Shown here: positions 36,951-45,939 of the stretch, one piece after another
Numbering within the stretch: the first letter of the stretch is position 1
How the letters are laid out: every line of letters begins with the position of its first letter
DNA from: Vulcanimicrobiota bacterium
GTDB taxonomy: Bacteria; Vulcanimicrobiota; Vulcanimicrobiia; Vulcanimicrobiales; Vulcanimicrobiaceae
Direction of reading: 5' to 3'
NCBI GenBank assembly: GCA_963759245.1
Contig: CAVWYN010000003.1
Location: 896,672 to 960,671, forward strand
DNA length: 64,000 nucleotides
Notes under the pieces: model-generated
Database searches by the model: none
Told to the model about the DNA's origin: nothing
Seen by the model: only the letters and a program-made list of their open reading frames with translations
Translations under genes and position numbers: made by a program

Positions 36951-37583
36951 TTGGTCGGGAGTTCGGTAGGTGCGATAGCCAAGCATATGCGACGCGCTGT
37001 TGACCAGCCACGTCGAATGATAACTGATCACGAGCCGGACGAAAATACCCCAAACCACCCACGACCATCCGCCGAGCGCAAAGAGTCCCACCCCTAGCGC
37101 GATCTGAAGCGGGATGTTGACGTATTGGAGGACGCGATAGAATGGCTCGTTGTAGAGGTCGGGTGCGAAGTGAAGCATTTCCGCGTCGGAGGGCAGCGCG
37201 ATGTTGTGCCGATAGACCCACTCCACGTGCGCCCACCTGAACCCGCCATGGATGCTATGGGGATCGCCCTCTTGATCGGCATGCGCATGATGCTTGCGGT
37301 GCACCGCCACCCATCGGATCGGATCGCCCTGAAGAGCGAGCGTTCCGAAAATCGCCAGCAGGTATTCGAACGGTTTGAGAAGGCGCAAGCTGCGATGCGT
37401 CAGGGTGCGGTGGAAGCACAGTGAAATGCCCAAAGCTATAGTCGCATACGAAACGACGGCCGCGGCTGCCAGAGCCGGCCACTGAAAGAAGCCCGGCCAG
37501 AACGCCGCAAGCGCCCCGATGTGAATTCCGAGCAGTCCGAACCCTTTAATGGATGCAAAAAACCGATCCATGCGCCTCCCCAT
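36708..37583 (-). CDS. acyl-CoA/acyl-lipid delta-9-type fatty-acid desaturase
   Basis: Three His boxes: HRTLTH, HRKHHAH and HNNHHAF. Membrane-helix pattern. Confidence 0.85.
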   Translation of the reverse strand: MGRRMDRFFASIKGFGLLGIHIGALAAFWPGFFQWPALAAAAVVSYATIALGISLCFHRTLTHRSLRLLKPFEYLLAIFGTLALQGDPIRWVAVHRKHHAHADQEGDPHSIHGGFRWAHVEWVYRHNIALPSDAEMLHFAPDLYNEPFYRVLQYVNIPLQIALGVGLFALGGWSWVVWGIFVRLVISYHSTWLVNSASHMLGYRTYRTPDQSTNCWWVALISWGEGWHNNHHAFPFSARHGLRWFEIDMTWWHIRILAFLRLADRIKIPSKSMQRLREVTHGASRSQVIAG

Positions 37584-38054
37584 TTAAGCTATACAGGCGC
37601 GTTTTCGAGTGGCCGCTCCACCATTCCCACTAAACGCATAGCTAACTTTGGGTGCGAACCGCCGCGGTCCCGTCGCATCATCTAGGCATTCAACGACGCG
37701 AACGACGTCTTCCATCTTTAGCAGATCGAAGAGCTTTCGGACGAGCGGTTGACCGAGGATCACGGTTTCACGGTCGAACCCTTTGTCGAGGCGACGCCCG
37801 TGCATTCTTAACATCTCGGTTATGCACGTAGCGTCTAGGTAGCTTACGTCGCTAAAGTCAATGATGACGTCCGGCTCCCTGCAAAGGCCCTCGAGTTCCG
37901 CAGACCATTGCCGCTTGCACGTTACGTCGTATTCTCCAGAAAAGACCATTAGGGCCGGTCGCGACTTCAAGGGTTCTCCGTTCGGACCTGTGGGAGTGAG
38001 CGTTACCTCGGTCCGGTTTCTCGCAGGTTTAGGCCTCTTTAGTGTAGCGCGCAC
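37584..38054 (-). CDS. STAS-domain protein (anti-sigma-antagonist fold)
   Basis: ALMVFSGEYDVTCKRQWSAELEGL...VIIDFSDVSYLDATCITEMLRM pattern. Its stop directly abuts the desaturase start. True start uncertain. Confidence 0.55.
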   Translation of the reverse strand: MRATLKRPKPARNRTEVTLTPTGPNGEPLKSRPALMVFSGEYDVTCKRQWSAELEGLCREPDVIIDFSDVSYLDATCITEMLRMHGRRLDKGFDRETVILGQPLVRKLFDLLKMEDVVRVVECLDDATGPRRFAPKVSYAFSGNGGAATRKRACIA

Positions 38055-38067
38055 CAGACGGAGGGCG

Positions 38068-39132
38068 CTATCCTGAAAACTGCCCCGTGCCCGCCGCGTT
38101 CTCCCACCCCAGCACGCGAGCGATCAGCTCGGTGCGGTTCCGGGTTTCGGTCTTGTCGACCATGCTCCTAACGTGATGCTGAACGGTCGAAGAGGCGATG
38201 TGCAGCTTTTGGCCGATCGCCTCGAGCCTCTCCCCATCGAGCAGCATCGCCAGCACCTGCAGCTCACGCGGGGAGATATGGAAGCGGGCGGCCGGGCCGC
38301 TCAAAGATTTCGGCGGCTTAAAGCGATCGATACGAACGCCGATGAAGAGTCCCGCCGGGCCCGACATCGGCTGCGTCCGGACGACTAAGAACGGGACGGG
38401 ATGCGCTATGCCCGCCGTTTGCGTGCCGGAGTCACCCTGCCAGTCGGCGATCAGGCCCCGGACGGCTTCTTCGAGCACTCCGGGCAGACGGTCGGCTATC
38501 CTGGTCCGCAGCCCGGTAAGCGCGACGCGGCGTTGCTGTTCGTCCGTCCACGCGAGCACGATCTGAAGGTCGCGGTCCAGCACGTAGAACGATTCGCCCG
38601 AAGCCTCCAACGCTTCGGTATCCCGTGCCGCATCGGCCGGCCGATCGTCGACGTCGGGGCGAGCGTGTCCGGCGCTGGGGGAGTCTAGACGCAGCGCGGA
38701 GAGGCGCTCCGAGGTCCCGTCGAGGGCCAACGCCAGGACGCTGATCTCGCTCGAGGTGAACGGTCCCAGCTCGCTCGTGCGCAGGAGGGTGAGGATCCCG
38801 AAGCTGGCGGTGGAATCGGCGAATAACAGCGTGATTCCGCTTTCGAAATCGCCGAGGGGACCGAGTGTCGCAGCGATGCGAGGGCCCTTCTTGGTTTTCT
38901 CGCGTTGGCGGTCGAACTCGACCTTGAGCCGCGACAGCTCGCCTCCGTTTGCCTGGTGGTCGAGCAAGAGACCGGCTAGTTCCCCGTCGGGCATCAGACG
39001 CGCAAACGACCAAAGCGAGGCTGGCACTACGCGAAGGATCGCGTTGATGATGGGATACGCCGGATCCGACTCCGGCACGACGTCGGCCACGAGTTTCAAT
39101 TCAGGCCGGCCGGCGGTATCGGACTTTTTCAC
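38068..39132 (-). CDS. LuxR-family transcriptional regulator with non-receiver N-terminal sensor region
   Basis: C-terminal HTH ISPRELQVLAMLLDGERLEAIGQKLHIASSTVQHHVRSMVDK. About 280 N-terminal aa with no receiver motifs. GTG start. Confidence 0.8.
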   Translation of the reverse strand: MKKSDTAGRPELKLVADVVPESDPAYPIINAILRVVPASLWSFARLMPDGELAGLLLDHQANGGELSRLKVEFDRQREKTKKGPRIAATLGPLGDFESGITLLFADSTASFGILTLLRTSELGPFTSSEISVLALALDGTSERLSALRLDSPSAGHARPDVDDRPADAARDTEALEASGESFYVLDRDLQIVLAWTDEQQRRVALTGLRTRIADRLPGVLEEAVRGLIADWQGDSGTQTAGIAHPVPFLVVRTQPMSGPAGLFIGVRIDRFKPPKSLSGPAARFHISPRELQVLAMLLDGERLEAIGQKLHIASSTVQHHVRSMVDKTETRNRTELIARVLGWENAAGTGQFSG

Positions 39133-39225
39133 GATGGTCAGTTTCTCGCCACGATGGTAAGCTTAGGGACGCTTCTTCCTCTCCGCGGCGACGCACTGCC
39201 TCGTCCGCCCGAAAGCGTAATAATT

Positions 39226-39615
39226 ATGGCCCGCGTATGCTGCTTGGCCGCAATCGACCCCAAGCATATCCCGTTGTTGGGCGCCGCGCTCATCGGCGCC
39301 GGCGAGCCGGGCCTCACGATCGTCGCCCATCTCGATGTCGCCGCGTTAGGCAGACTCTCGCCGGACGTTCTCATCGCCGATATCGATCGACTAGACGTAG
39401 ACCCGCTCGAAATGTTGCGGCAGCTGCGTTTCGTCTTACCGGAATGCGTCATAGTGGTCTACAGCGGTTCCGTAAAGCGCTCTTGGAGCCGCGCATGTCA
39501 TCTCGCGGGCGCCAGCTGCGTGCTCTCCAAAGAGTCACGTGAGTCACAACTCGTATTCGGCTTGCAACACGCGATGCAGAGCGGCTGCTTTACCGACCCG
39601 CGCTTTGCCGCGTAA
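39226..39615 (+). CDS. stand-alone receiver (REC)-like protein
   Basis: CheY-like pattern: DVLIADID (acceptor Asp), VIVVYSG (Ser/Thr position), CVLSK (Lys). The N-terminal acidic pair is reduced to a single Asp. ATG at 39226. Confidence 0.55.
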   Translation: MARVCCLAAIDPKHIPLLGAALIGAGEPGLTIVAHLDVAALGRLSPDVLIADIDRLDVDPLEMLRQLRFVLPECVIVVYSGSVKRSWSRACHLAGASCVLSKESRESQLVFGLQHAMQSGCFTDPRFAA

Positions 39616-39724
39616 CGAAATATCGCAACTCTACTCGAGCTTTTGGGGTTACAAAGCTCGGAAGGAATATGGAATTTCTGGAAGCGCTGCATACGTTGGC
39701 GTGCGATAGATTTCCACTCGGCTT

Positions 39725-40060
39725 ATGATACAAAGTCCATTGGCGATTGCCACGCTCGCTATTAAAGGGTCCGTCCGAGGGCTGACCTGCCCGGAGCGCT
39801 CCGAACCGGTCTACGGCGGGTATGCGAATGCACGCGGTGAGATCGTATTGTTTACAAAAGACCTCGCCTATCGCGTCAACTTCAAGAATCAGATTTTGAA
39901 GCCGCGGCCGTCGCTAAATGTTGGTGCGCAGGCGCGCTACGATGCGACTGAAGCGGGCGAGGACTTTGCGTACGGCAACCAGACCTTCCGCCGGCTAAGC
40001 TTTCAGCAGATCGCGGACATTTGCGCGGCTCACCATTTTAGGGTCGGCTCGAGATTCTAA
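39725..40060 (+). CDS. hypothetical protein
   Basis: 111-aa ORF with normal amino-acid complexity in a visibly AT-richer stretch. No motif recognised. Confidence 0.35.
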   Translation: MIQSPLAIATLAIKGSVRGLTCPERSEPVYGGYANARGEIVLFTKDLAYRVNFKNQILKPRPSLNVGAQARYDATEAGEDFAYGNQTFRRLSFQQIADICAAHHFRVGSRF

Positions 40061-40084
40061 GCCGTAGAAAGCGGAGCGAAGTCA

Positions 40085-40357
40085 ATGTATTTTAGCGAAC
40101 AGATCGATAAGTCGAACTTCGAGGGCCTGGAGCAGATTTCGGAATCCGATCAATTCGTGATGTATGCCGTGGGCAACCAAACGTATCTGTTGGTGCAACG
40201 GCATCAGGGAACACCGTGGATGACCCTGCGCCTCTCGGGCGACGGGTTGTTCCGAATCTCCGCGCTGCTCAACGACGCGATGCGGCATCTTTATCGAGAC
40301 GTGTCATCGCGTCTTTCTCCGAACCACGTGGCCGAAGAAGGCCAAGGTCGCCAATGA
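40085..40357 (+). CDS. hypothetical protein
   Basis: 90-aa ORF with normal composition. Its stop overlaps the start of the next ORF (ATGA at 40354-40357). Confidence 0.35.
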   Translation: MYFSEQIDKSNFEGLEQISESDQFVMYAVGNQTYLLVQRHQGTPWMTLRLSGDGLFRISALLNDAMRHLYRDVSSRLSPNHVAEEGQGRQ

Positions 40358-40614
40358 ATGCTATGGAGCGCGTCTGGACGCGCATGAAAGTTAGCGCAAA
40401 CAAATCTGCGGACCGCAAGACTCTAATCGGTATGCGAGAATCGCGAAGTGCCGTACTGAAGCTCTGCCGCCAAGAAAAGGCGAACACCCCACCACGAGAT
40501 GCGCTGCAGTACCTAGCCAAAGAGTTGGTGCGCCTCACGCTGGAGGCGCAGTTTCCGGTGGCGTCAACCTCTGTCTTGCCGAACGCAGCGAGCGGCAAGA
40601 GGGGCTTGCATTGA
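40354..40614 (+). CDS. hypothetical protein
   Basis: 86-aa ORF from the ATG at 40354, coupled to the upstream ORF. Basic, helical-looking. Confidence 0.3.
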   Translation: MNAMERVWTRMKVSANKSADRKTLIGMRESRSAVLKLCRQEKANTPPRDALQYLAKELVRLTLEAQFPVASTSVLPNAASGKRGLH

Positions 40615-40641
40615 CAGTTCTCAATATAGTGCTAATATTGA
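40611..40641 (+). promoter_or_regulatory. sigma-70-type promoter with overlapping palindromic operator for the ars operon
   Basis: TTGACA (40611-40616), 16 nt, TAATAT (40633-40638). Inverted repeat tcaatat-N7-atattga (40621-40641). The arsR ATG lies 7 nt after the -10 box, so the mRNA may be leaderless. Confidence 0.6.
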
Positions 40642-40644
40642 AGA

Positions 40645-40980
40645 ATGCCGATACAACGGTGCTGCCCGCCCGCGACCGTCGTGGACGAAGACTTTTCCGA
40701 TGCAGCGCTGCTGCTCAAGGCACTGGCTGACCCACACCGCCTGGCGATCATGGCGACGCTCGCAGCCTCCGAGGACGAGGTTTGCGTCTGCGATTTCACC
40801 GACGGCTTGCCGCTGAATCAGCCGACCGTCTCGCATCATCTTCGCATCTTGCGCGAGGCGGAGCTGGTCACATGCGAGCGCCGCGGGACGTGGGTTTACT
40901 ATCGTCTCGCACGGGGTGCGGCGGGCAGAGCGCGCGATGCCTTGGCCTGCGCATTTCAGCGGCGGAAGGCAGCGGCATGA
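40645..40980 (+). CDS. arsR: ArsR/SmtB-family metalloregulator
   Basis: ALADPHRLAIMATL, CVCDF metalloid-site motif, and the NQPTVSHHLRILREAELV recognition helix. Confidence 0.85.
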   Translation: MPIQRCCPPATVVDEDFSDAALLLKALADPHRLAIMATLAASEDEVCVCDFTDGLPLNQPTVSHHLRILREAELVTCERRGTWVYYRLARGAAGRARDALACAFQRRKAAA

Positions 40981-41414
40981 AGACGCATCTGAGCTTTCCC
41001 ACCACCGACCTTGCCAAAAGCGTGCGGTTCTACGCGACGCTGCTCGATGAAACGCCGGCGAAGCAATTCGATGACTATGCGCTTTTCATTGCCGAACGGC
41101 CCGGTCTCGAACTCGCGCTCGGGGTCGCGCAATTCGTTTCGCCCACACCGGACACTCACTACGGAATCGTGGTTGAGTCGGCTGCGGCGGTGGAGACCGC
41201 CATCGAGCGGTTTGAACGAGCGGGATTGGCGTCGTCGATCGAGCGCGATGAGACCTGCTGCTATGCGAGGCAGACGAAGGTTTGGGCGGTCGATCCCGAC
41301 GGTCGCCAGTGGGAAGTCTATACCGTTCACGAGGATACGGATGAGCGCGGTGTTTCCGACCCAACCTGTTGTGCCGAGGATAGCGGCGCGTGTTGCGCCC
41401 AAGCGCCAACGTGA
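40977..41414 (+). CDS. arsI: ArsI/CadI-family VOC metalloenzyme (C-As lyase-like)
   Basis: TCCYARQTKVWAVDPDGRQWEVYTV with the vicinal Cys pair, DYALFIAERPGLELAL, and a C-terminal PTCC..ACC tail. ATGA overlap with arsR. Confidence 0.7.
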   Translation: MKTHLSFPTTDLAKSVRFYATLLDETPAKQFDDYALFIAERPGLELALGVAQFVSPTPDTHYGIVVESAAAVETAIERFERAGLASSIERDETCCYARQTKVWAVDPDGRQWEVYTVHEDTDERGVSDPTCCAEDSGACCAQAPT

Positions 41415-42085
41415 CGCTTCTCCGGCGGTGCGTCGCGGAAGGGTTGGGCTCGGCATTTTTGTTAGCGGCGGTCGTAGGGTCGGGCATCATGGCGCAGCGC
41501 CTCTCCGGAGGGAACGTTGCCATCGCGCTTCTCGCGAATACGCTCGCAACGGCCGGCGTATTAGTCTGCCTTATCGCGGCCTTAGGTCCGATCTCCGGCG
41601 CGCACTTCAACCCGGCTGTTTCGCTGGCCGACGCCCTCGGCGGCGGTCTGCGGTGGCGCGAGCTGCCGGCTTACGTGGGCTCACAACTCGCCGGTGCGGT
41701 CGTCGGCGTCGCAACCGCAGACTCGATGTTCGGCCTGGCGCCATTCTCGCTCGCTACTCGCGTCAGAAGCGGCCCGGGGCAGTGGCTTGGTGAATTCGTC
41801 GCAGCCTTTGGTCTGATGATCGTGATTTGGGGTTGCGTTCGATTTCGGTCGCGACTCCTTCCGTTTGCCGTTGGAGCCTACATTGGGGCGGCGTATTGGT
41901 TTACTTCCTCTACGTCGTTCGCGAATCCAGCGGTGACGATCGCGCGGTCGTTGTCGGACACATTTACGGGAATCCGCCCCGCCGACGTCGCGCCATTCGT
42001 CGCCGCGCAACTCGCCGGAGCCGTCGGCGCCACGGGATTATTCCTGTGGCTCCTCCCTCACGACGGAGAAACCGGTGCCGCGTAA
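41411..42085 (+). CDS. MIP-family channel (aquaglyceroporin, AqpS-like arsenite channel)
   Basis: Two NPA boxes (HFNPAVSLA and ANPAVTIAR). GTGA overlap with the arsI stop. Alternative GTG start at 41390. Confidence 0.8.
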   Translation: MTLLRRCVAEGLGSAFLLAAVVGSGIMAQRLSGGNVAIALLANTLATAGVLVCLIAALGPISGAHFNPAVSLADALGGGLRWRELPAYVGSQLAGAVVGVATADSMFGLAPFSLATRVRSGPGQWLGEFVAAFGLMIVIWGCVRFRSRLLPFAVGAYIGAAYWFTSSTSFANPAVTIARSLSDTFTGIRPADVAPFVAAQLAGAVGATGLFLWLLPHDGETGAA

Positions 42086-42473
42086 GCCGTTCGTGCTCTT
42101 TGTCTGTCGCCACAATACCGGCCGAAGCCAGATGGCAGAAGCGTATCTCCGCTATTTCGCCGGTGACGCCGTTGACGTAGCGTCGGCGGGCACCGAGCCG
42201 GCCGACGCGCCCGATCCTGGAGTCGTGAGCGCTATGGCCGAAGACGGCATCGATATTTCGACGGCGCGCCCTAAGCTACTGAATCCGGGAATGATCGGCC
42301 GTGCGACCCGCATCATTACGATGGGTTGCGACGTTGATGGTGTTCTACGCGTCGACGAAGATTGGGGATTACCGGATCCGAAGGGACAGCCGCTCGAACG
42401 AGTAGGTTCGATACGCGACCTGATTAAAGCAAAAGCGCTGGCGGTCGCAGCGGACTTAAGAAAAACTTCCTGA
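42075..42473 (+). CDS. arsC: arsenate reductase, LMW-PTPase type
   Basis: VLFVCRHNTGRSQMAEA (CX5R P-loop). 132 aa. Overlaps the channel gene by 11 nt. Confidence 0.85.
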   Translation: MPRKPFVLFVCRHNTGRSQMAEAYLRYFAGDAVDVASAGTEPADAPDPGVVSAMAEDGIDISTARPKLLNPGMIGRATRIITMGCDVDGVLRVDEDWGLPDPKGQPLERVGSIRDLIKAKALAVAADLRKTS

Positions 42474-42579
42474 GCACCAGAAAATCGAAAGCGGGCCAGC
42501 AGTCCGCAGGTGAGTAGGTCGTGCCGGACGCACTCTCGAGAGCACTAGCCTTTTTACGGCTTGTTCGAAGGAGAGCGTT

Positions 42580-43548
42580 ATGAGAGTGATCGTCGCCTTA
42601 ATGCGAAGCACGCTTTGTGCCGTCGCGTGTGTTGCTTTTATGGCCGGTTGCGGCGGATCACGATCTTCGATAGTGCCGCCCGAAACATTTCAGGCCAACG
42701 GGATCGACTCTCGCGCCGGACACGACCAACGTTCGGCGCCCCTGCATGACAACGGGCGCAGTCTTCTTTACGTCGCCGCTGGCTCGGTCGAGGTTTACAC
42801 TTATCCTCGCGGCAAACAGCTCGGTTCGCTCGGATGGGGAGGCTATCTCTGCTCGGACCGGTTCGGGAATATCATCGTCGCTGGGGCCGAAGGCATAAGC
42901 TACGTCTGGGTCTTTCCGCATGGAGGCAGCAACCCAATTGCGACCCTGTACAACCCAGAGAGTCCTGGCGGCTGCTCCGTAGAGCAGAGCAGCGAAAACA
43001 TAGCCGTCGCCAGTGCAGATTCGGGTGCCGTGGTCGTCTTTCCGTATAATCCCAAGCGTGGCTGGAGGCTAGCCCACGACTACCACGATCCGAACATGCG
43101 TGGAGGCCAGTATTGTACCTACGATCCCCTTGGCGACATTTTTGTCGACGGGTATGACACAAGCGCCTCATTCATGCTCGCAGAGTTGCCCAAAGGGAGT
43201 TCGACGTTTACTACGATCACTCTGGATCAGGTCGTACACAGACCCGGTTCCATGCAGTGGTATGGCAAGTATCTAGCGATCGAGGACGCGGGCGAGACGG
43301 GCTCAGTCCCGGCCAAGATTTACCGACTTGCAATAAATGGAAGCTCGGGGCATAGGGTGAGTGTCACAATTCTGAAGGACTCGGTCGCAAATGGCCAATT
43401 TTTGATATACAACCGCACCGTCATTGGTCCGATGAAGTATAATTCCGTATACGGACTTGGCTTCTGGCGCTTTCCGAGCGGCGGCACACCATTCAGGACC
43501 ATTTCCACGTATACAATCCCAGGTGGGGAGGCCCTCAGCCTTAAGTAA
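42580..43548 (+). CDS. beta-propeller-like lipoprotein, subfamily A
   Basis: Lipobox FMAGCGGS. VEVYTYPRGK, VWVFPHGGSNPIATL and QWYGKYLAIED are colinear with the paralogs. Confidence 0.65.
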   Translation: MRVIVALMRSTLCAVACVAFMAGCGGSRSSIVPPETFQANGIDSRAGHDQRSAPLHDNGRSLLYVAAGSVEVYTYPRGKQLGSLGWGGYLCSDRFGNIIVAGAEGISYVWVFPHGGSNPIATLYNPESPGGCSVEQSSENIAVASADSGAVVVFPYNPKRGWRLAHDYHDPNMRGGQYCTYDPLGDIFVDGYDTSASFMLAELPKGSSTFTTITLDQVVHRPGSMQWYGKYLAIEDAGETGSVPAKIYRLAINGSSGHRVSVTILKDSVANGQFLIYNRTVIGPMKYNSVYGLGFWRFPSGGTPFRTISTYTIPGGEALSLK

Positions 43549-43859
43549 GCTCCTCTGTCGCGGACGTTGTAACGCTGTTGGGGTTGACGCGATCGATACC
43601 GGCCGTCCTTGCAGAGCCATGCTGGGCGAGAGGAGCACCTACTACGATGCAAGATCATTTCGTGCGCATCCAGGGATATCCGCGCCGCGTTCGGATCGTG
43701 ACACTATCGTTGACGGCGTTCGTTGCTACCAGCCTTTCTTGGGGTGCCAACAGGATGTTTGATTATAATTGATATTAGAATGATTTGACCGTTACAGTCG
43801 TCTTCAGACTTTTCTCACGGATGAGCCCTAACGTTCGTCGAGCAGATTGGAGTTCTGAA

Positions 43860-44357
43860 ATGACTGTTAACGGTAGTTCCGCCTTCGCGCCGATCGTAGC
43901 GGCGCTTCTTCTCGTTCTCGCCGGATGCAGCTCCGGTACAATGAGCCCCGGCATCCCCGATGCTCAGGTTCACGCCGATGGAAGTGGTACGGGAAATGCA
44001 ACGTGCCAGCCGGACTTCACGTTTGCGCTCAGTCCGTCAAGTGCGACGATCACAAGCGGTCAGAGCGTAAGGGTCAGCGCCGAGATGACTAGCCTTTGCG
44101 GATTGGCCGGGACCATCAATGTGGGCATTCGTAAGATTTCTCCCCAGCCGAGCGGGAGTAATGGGTTTACTATCAAGCAACCGCGTTATGACATTCCGCT
44201 GGATGCAAACGGTACCGCAGTGGCCTACATTACCTTAGGAGCAACTCCGAAGACTTTGAAGACGACATACACGCTTACGGTTCAAGGAGAAGATATCTCG
44301 GGCGGCTGCTGTTACGGGCTAAAGCACTCGGCGACATTTGAACTGACCGTCAAATAG
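43860..44357 (+). CDS. small lipoprotein, function unknown
   Basis: ATG 43860 preceded by GGAG. Lipobox VLAGCSSG. Beta-rich. Confidence 0.5.
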   Translation: MTVNGSSAFAPIVAALLLVLAGCSSGTMSPGIPDAQVHADGSGTGNATCQPDFTFALSPSSATITSGQSVRVSAEMTSLCGLAGTINVGIRKISPQPSGSNGFTIKQPRYDIPLDANGTAVAYITLGATPKTLKTTYTLTVQGEDISGGCCYGLKHSATFELTVK

Positions 44358-44391
44358 CCTCCGCGAAAACGCCCTGCGTCGATCGCGAGAG

Positions 44392-44742
44392 TTAGCAGAG
44401 AGACTCGACGAGCGTGTGGGCCAGGTTGGCATTTCCATACCATCCGACGCTCCACAGGCTGTTGGAGATCGTGGTGATACTTTGCAGTTGGTCGAAGCGC
44501 TTTGAGGGATTGGGGCTGTGCACGACGCTCCAACGCTTGCCATCCCACCGCTCGATGAGCGTTCGATAGATTTCTGCGGATGGAACGATATAGTATCCGA
44601 TCGCCCAAACGTTGCCGCCACCCGCAGCGACATCGAAGAGGTCGTTTCCGCCGGAGCCGACGTTTTGGGTTGTAACGACTCGCCAGCTGGTACCGTCCCA
44701 GTGTTCCGCTAGCGTGTGTAGGGTAGGGGCGCCTCCGATCAA
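44392..44742 (-). pseudogene. 5'-truncated remnant of a WDG-repeat secreted-protein gene
   Basis: Repeated EHWDGTSWRVV / ERWDGKRWSVV units start mid-repeat. An in-frame stop lies 4 codons upstream, with no signal peptide and no continuation in other frames. Confidence 0.5.
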
Positions 44743-44920
44743 AGAATACGGCTACGTTAAAATCGTAAAGAATCGCTGAAGCAAGAACGGTCTTCAGCGC
44801 ATCGGAGCGCACTTTGGCACCAAACGCGACACTAGGTGGTCTTTTTCTCGACGGGAGATACTCCATTGCCCGCGATTCTAAGTCGTCAGAAGGGCATGCC
44901 GCCGCCGCACGGCCAAAACA

Positions 44921-45922
44921 TTGAGTAACGTGATCCGCAGATCGACCTTTTTGTCAGTACTTGAAGGCGGGACCCTCGGCGCGGTTGTGAGCGCCGGCCC
45001 GCGGAGCGCCGGTCTGGGCGCTCTAGTTGAGCGCTCTTTGGCGAATCTACCCAAACCAAACGGCGCGGCAGTCGTTGTGGACAAGAGCGGCAAACGCCAT
45101 ACGTACATTCGAGTCAACTCTGGTGACGTGTTTCTTGCGGGCAGCGCGTTCAAGATTTTCGTTCTTACGGAGTTCCTTCGAACGGTCGAGCGCGGCCGCG
45201 TGTCACTCGGGCAACTATTGTCAATCGACGAATCCGTCCTCGTGCCCGGCTCTCCGGCGCTGTTCCCCGACGGTAAGAATATTACGCTACGCGGTCAAAT
45301 TCCGGCACGGATCGCCGCCCAGCTCATGATTGACTACAGCGACAACACGGCGACGGACATGATGTTGAAGTTAGTTGGCCCGAGCAACGTACGTTCGCTG
45401 ATCCGAGAGGCTGGACTTTCGACGGTCAAAATTCCGGATAGCATAAAACGCTTCTTTGCGTATTCGAGTGGCTATCCGGCCGATTTCGATCCGCCCCTGA
45501 CGCTGTTCACGGAAGGGAAAGAGGTTCCGGGAATCGTCCAGGGTCCGCCTCGTGACACGCTCAACGACGTCGAGACCACGTGCGGATCACTTGACGACTA
45601 TCTAACGTTTTACCGGCAGGCGGACACGGGCTCGTTCTTCCGCGAGTCGACAACGTTAAACCTATGGCGCTCGCTGTCGCTCAGTTCACTCAACGGGCGA
45701 ATCGTACCGCTCGGTTCCGTCGCGTACACGAAGGGCGGCAGCGTCGATGGCAACGGCGCGACGAGCGCCCTGCTCGCCGCGGGCAGGATGTACACTGGTC
45801 CGGAGCACGTTGCTACCTACGCCATCGCGACAAACTGGCGTACGAAGCAACCGGTCAGCGAGATCGAACCGACCTTCGTCAAGGTTTGCGCAGCGATCTT
45901 GAGCGCCGCGTCGTTAACCTAA
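44921..45922 (+). CDS. class-A beta-lactamase-related serine hydrolase
   Basis: SAFK (SxxK), YSDN (SDN) and TKGGS (KTG-like) motifs in the canonical order. Non-ATG start. Confidence 0.65.
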   Translation: MSNVIRRSTFLSVLEGGTLGAVVSAGPRSAGLGALVERSLANLPKPNGAAVVVDKSGKRHTYIRVNSGDVFLAGSAFKIFVLTEFLRTVERGRVSLGQLLSIDESVLVPGSPALFPDGKNITLRGQIPARIAAQLMIDYSDNTATDMMLKLVGPSNVRSLIREAGLSTVKIPDSIKRFFAYSSGYPADFDPPLTLFTEGKEVPGIVQGPPRDTLNDVETTCGSLDDYLTFYRQADTGSFFRESTTLNLWRSLSLSSLNGRIVPLGSVAYTKGGSVDGNGATSALLAAGRMYTGPEHVATYAIATNWRTKQPVSEIEPTFVKVCAAILSAASLT

Positions 45923-45939
45923 CTCACCGCGTCACGGCA

